64,000 nt of DNA from a virus. The position numbers and the translations under genes are program-made. Of the stretch, positions 62,695 through 64,000 are shown in pieces. Each line of letters starts with the position of its first letter. Positions within the stretch are counted from its first letter, which is position 1. The notes beneath the pieces are model-generated. The model saw only the letters and a program-made list of their open reading frames with translations. It was not told the DNA's origin and did not search any database. The stretch spans positions 1 through 64,000 of IMG/VR virus record IMGVR_UViG_3300028042_000005; one strand, 5' to 3'.

Positions 62695-63624
62695 ATGGTG
62701 CTAAAGTTGCTTATGTTTGATTTTGAATCATGGCTCGACATCCATCTATCTGGAAGGAGAAATGGAAATGAATACTCAGCAGCCTGTCCGTATTGTGGAA
62801 AGGCTAGGAAGTTTTCTGTAAACATCGAACTCAAATTGTTTCGATGCTTTTCTGGCTCTTGTCAGTCAAGCGGAAGAGCTTGGCAGTTGATCAAACATGT
62901 CGAAGGCCTCTCTGGGAAAGAAGCAAGGAAGCTGCTTGGCTCTGAGTACGACTCGACGAAACCAGCTTTCATGAAAAAGAAAGCTATCGAGAACAAGAAG
63001 TGGAACATCGATTTGCCTGAGGAGTTTATTCCTTGTTTGGAAGTCGGTAGAGTCCCAGAATTCAGAAACATTCAATATCTTAAAGACAGGATTCAGAACT
63101 CGACATTAAAAGAGTTTGGAGTTGGGTTTTGTAAAACCGGCCTATGTTGGGATCGTGCCGTGATTCCAGTCTCCTCTCCGTTCGGGCAAGCGTGGACTGC
63201 TCGTGACGCCACCGACAAGTGGAAGGAGGATCCGAAGCGTTCCAAGTATTATAACCCTCGAGGCGGTTGGGCCAACGACTTGTTGTTTGGTTGGCCACAA
63301 TACGAGGCTGGGAGCGACCTGATTTTGGTGGAAGGCCCGTTTGATGTCATGAAGCTCTATGAGTATGGCTTGTCTGCTATGGCCTTGCTGGGGAAGGAGC
63401 TAGGTCAGGGACAAAGGGCCCAACTATTATCTCTCCCAGCAGACACGTATGTAGTGGTACTTATCGATCCAGAAGAAAAGAGGTGGATTATTGATGATAT
63501 TCGTGATAAGTTGTCTTTGAAGTTCAGAAACATGTTCGTGGGAAAACTCCCGATAGGGGTTGATCCTGGCTCGTCCACAAAAAAGCAAGCGATCGATTGC
63601 GTAGACTCAGCAGAAAGAATTTAG
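62695..63624 (+). CDS. DNA primase (zinc-finger + Toprim), 309 aa
   Basis: CPYCGKARKFSV...FRCFSGSC zinc finger. Toprim motifs LILVEGPFDVMKL and VVVLIDPEE. Confidence 0.7.
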   Translation: MVLKLLMFDFESWLDIHLSGRRNGNEYSAACPYCGKARKFSVNIELKLFRCFSGSCQSSGRAWQLIKHVEGLSGKEARKLLGSEYDSTKPAFMKKKAIENKKWNIDLPEEFIPCLEVGRVPEFRNIQYLKDRIQNSTLKEFGVGFCKTGLCWDRAVIPVSSPFGQAWTARDATDKWKEDPKRSKYYNPRGGWANDLLFGWPQYEAGSDLILVEGPFDVMKLYEYGLSAMALLGKELGQGQRAQLLSLPADTYVVVLIDPEEKRWIIDDIRDKLSLKFRNMFVGKLPIGVDPGSSTKKQAIDCVDSAERI

Positions 63625-63625
63625 A

Positions 63626-64000
63626 ATGTATCCAAACGACAAGAGACTCCTAAAATTCAATGAGGCGGAAAAAATTAAACAACTCAAGGCTTCTGTACGT
63701 AGATTTCTCTACGCTGGAGGTAAGATTAAATACCTCAAAAACTGCGACTACGAGCCGGTTGGGGTAGCTCTTATACAAAAGTCTCCAGCGCACAATGACA
63801 AATTGCTTCTCGCCGTTTCGCTTTGTGGCCCTGGGGATAAGTATTCCAAGGTCAAGGGGTTGGAAATTGCCTTTGGTAGACTCAACGCCAAAGATTGTTT
63901 TGTTTTGAATGATAGATTCTTGGATCAAGAACAACTTACTTTGGGCCTTGCGATGCAAGGAGCCTTGCAGTCTAGGCTTGGCCCCGTCCCGGCCCTCTCT
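63626..64000 (+). CDS. Hypothetical protein, 5' partial at the window end (open through 64000)
   Basis: The ATG lies 2 nt after the primase stop, and the frame stays open for 125 codons to the window edge (MYPNDKRLLKFNEAEKIKQL...). I prefer it to the antisense track ORF 63650..63958. Confidence 0.45.
   Translation, partial: MYPNDKRLLKFNEAEKIKQLKASVRRFLYAGGKIKYLKNCDYEPVGVALIQKSPAHNDKLLLAVSLCGPGDKYSKVKGLEIAFGRLNAKDCFVLNDRFLDQEQLTLGLAMQGALQSRLGPVPALS

Noticed and set aside
63650-63958. 102-aa minus-strand ORF at the right edge
   Set aside because: A co-directional + strand frame starts 2 nt after the primase stop and stays open to the window end. The minus-strand ORF would be an isolated antisense gene with no promoter or terminator context.

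Overview
The window reads as one contiguous stretch of a tailed dsDNA phage or prophage with a contractile (myovirus-type) tail. Genes are densely packed, and many are translationally coupled through ATGA/GTGA/TTGA overlaps.

Layout:
- 1-442: tandem-repeat and promoter region that runs off the left edge.
- 0.4-14.9 kb (+): early and accessory genes. These include a pentapeptide-repeat protein, a Panacea/DUF4065 protein, two lipoproteins, HTH regulators, an AAA+ ATPase, a SLOG-like protein, an N6-adenine methyltransferase, a DEDDh exonuclease and PhoH.
- 15-48.8 kb (+): packaging, head and tail morphogenesis. This covers TerL carrying a class-3 mini-intein, portal, XkdF-like protease, scaffold, a tube-like protein, major capsid, connectors, sheath, a frameshifted chaperone, tape measure, LysM/hub/spike/gp25/J baseplate proteins and fibres, including a Kelch-repeat protein.
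- 48.8-56.1 kb (mostly -): accessory island. It holds a lipoprotein metzincin, a Tat-signal mini-protein, two more pentapeptide-repeat paralogs, an SNF2 helicase, a metallophosphoesterase, a Pol-beta-type nucleotidyltransferase and an HExxH peptidase.
- 56.1-64 kb (+): regulator and replication module. It holds a DnaC-like loader, Macro domain, DnaB, one tRNA, a HAD nucleotidase and a primase.

I recognised no integrase, lysin, reverse transcriptase or CRISPR array.

The most unusual signals are:
- a strongly strand-skewed, over-represented octamer CTCCCAGC;
- a three-member pentapeptide-repeat family that shares an uncharacterised C-terminal domain;
- shared operator-like modules in the two large intergenic regions;
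- a tail-tube-like gene displaced into the head module;
- a polypyrimidine Leu-Pro-repeat (LP-repeat) micro-ORF in the baseplate module.

All functional calls rest on motifs I recognised by eye in the translations. No homology search was run.
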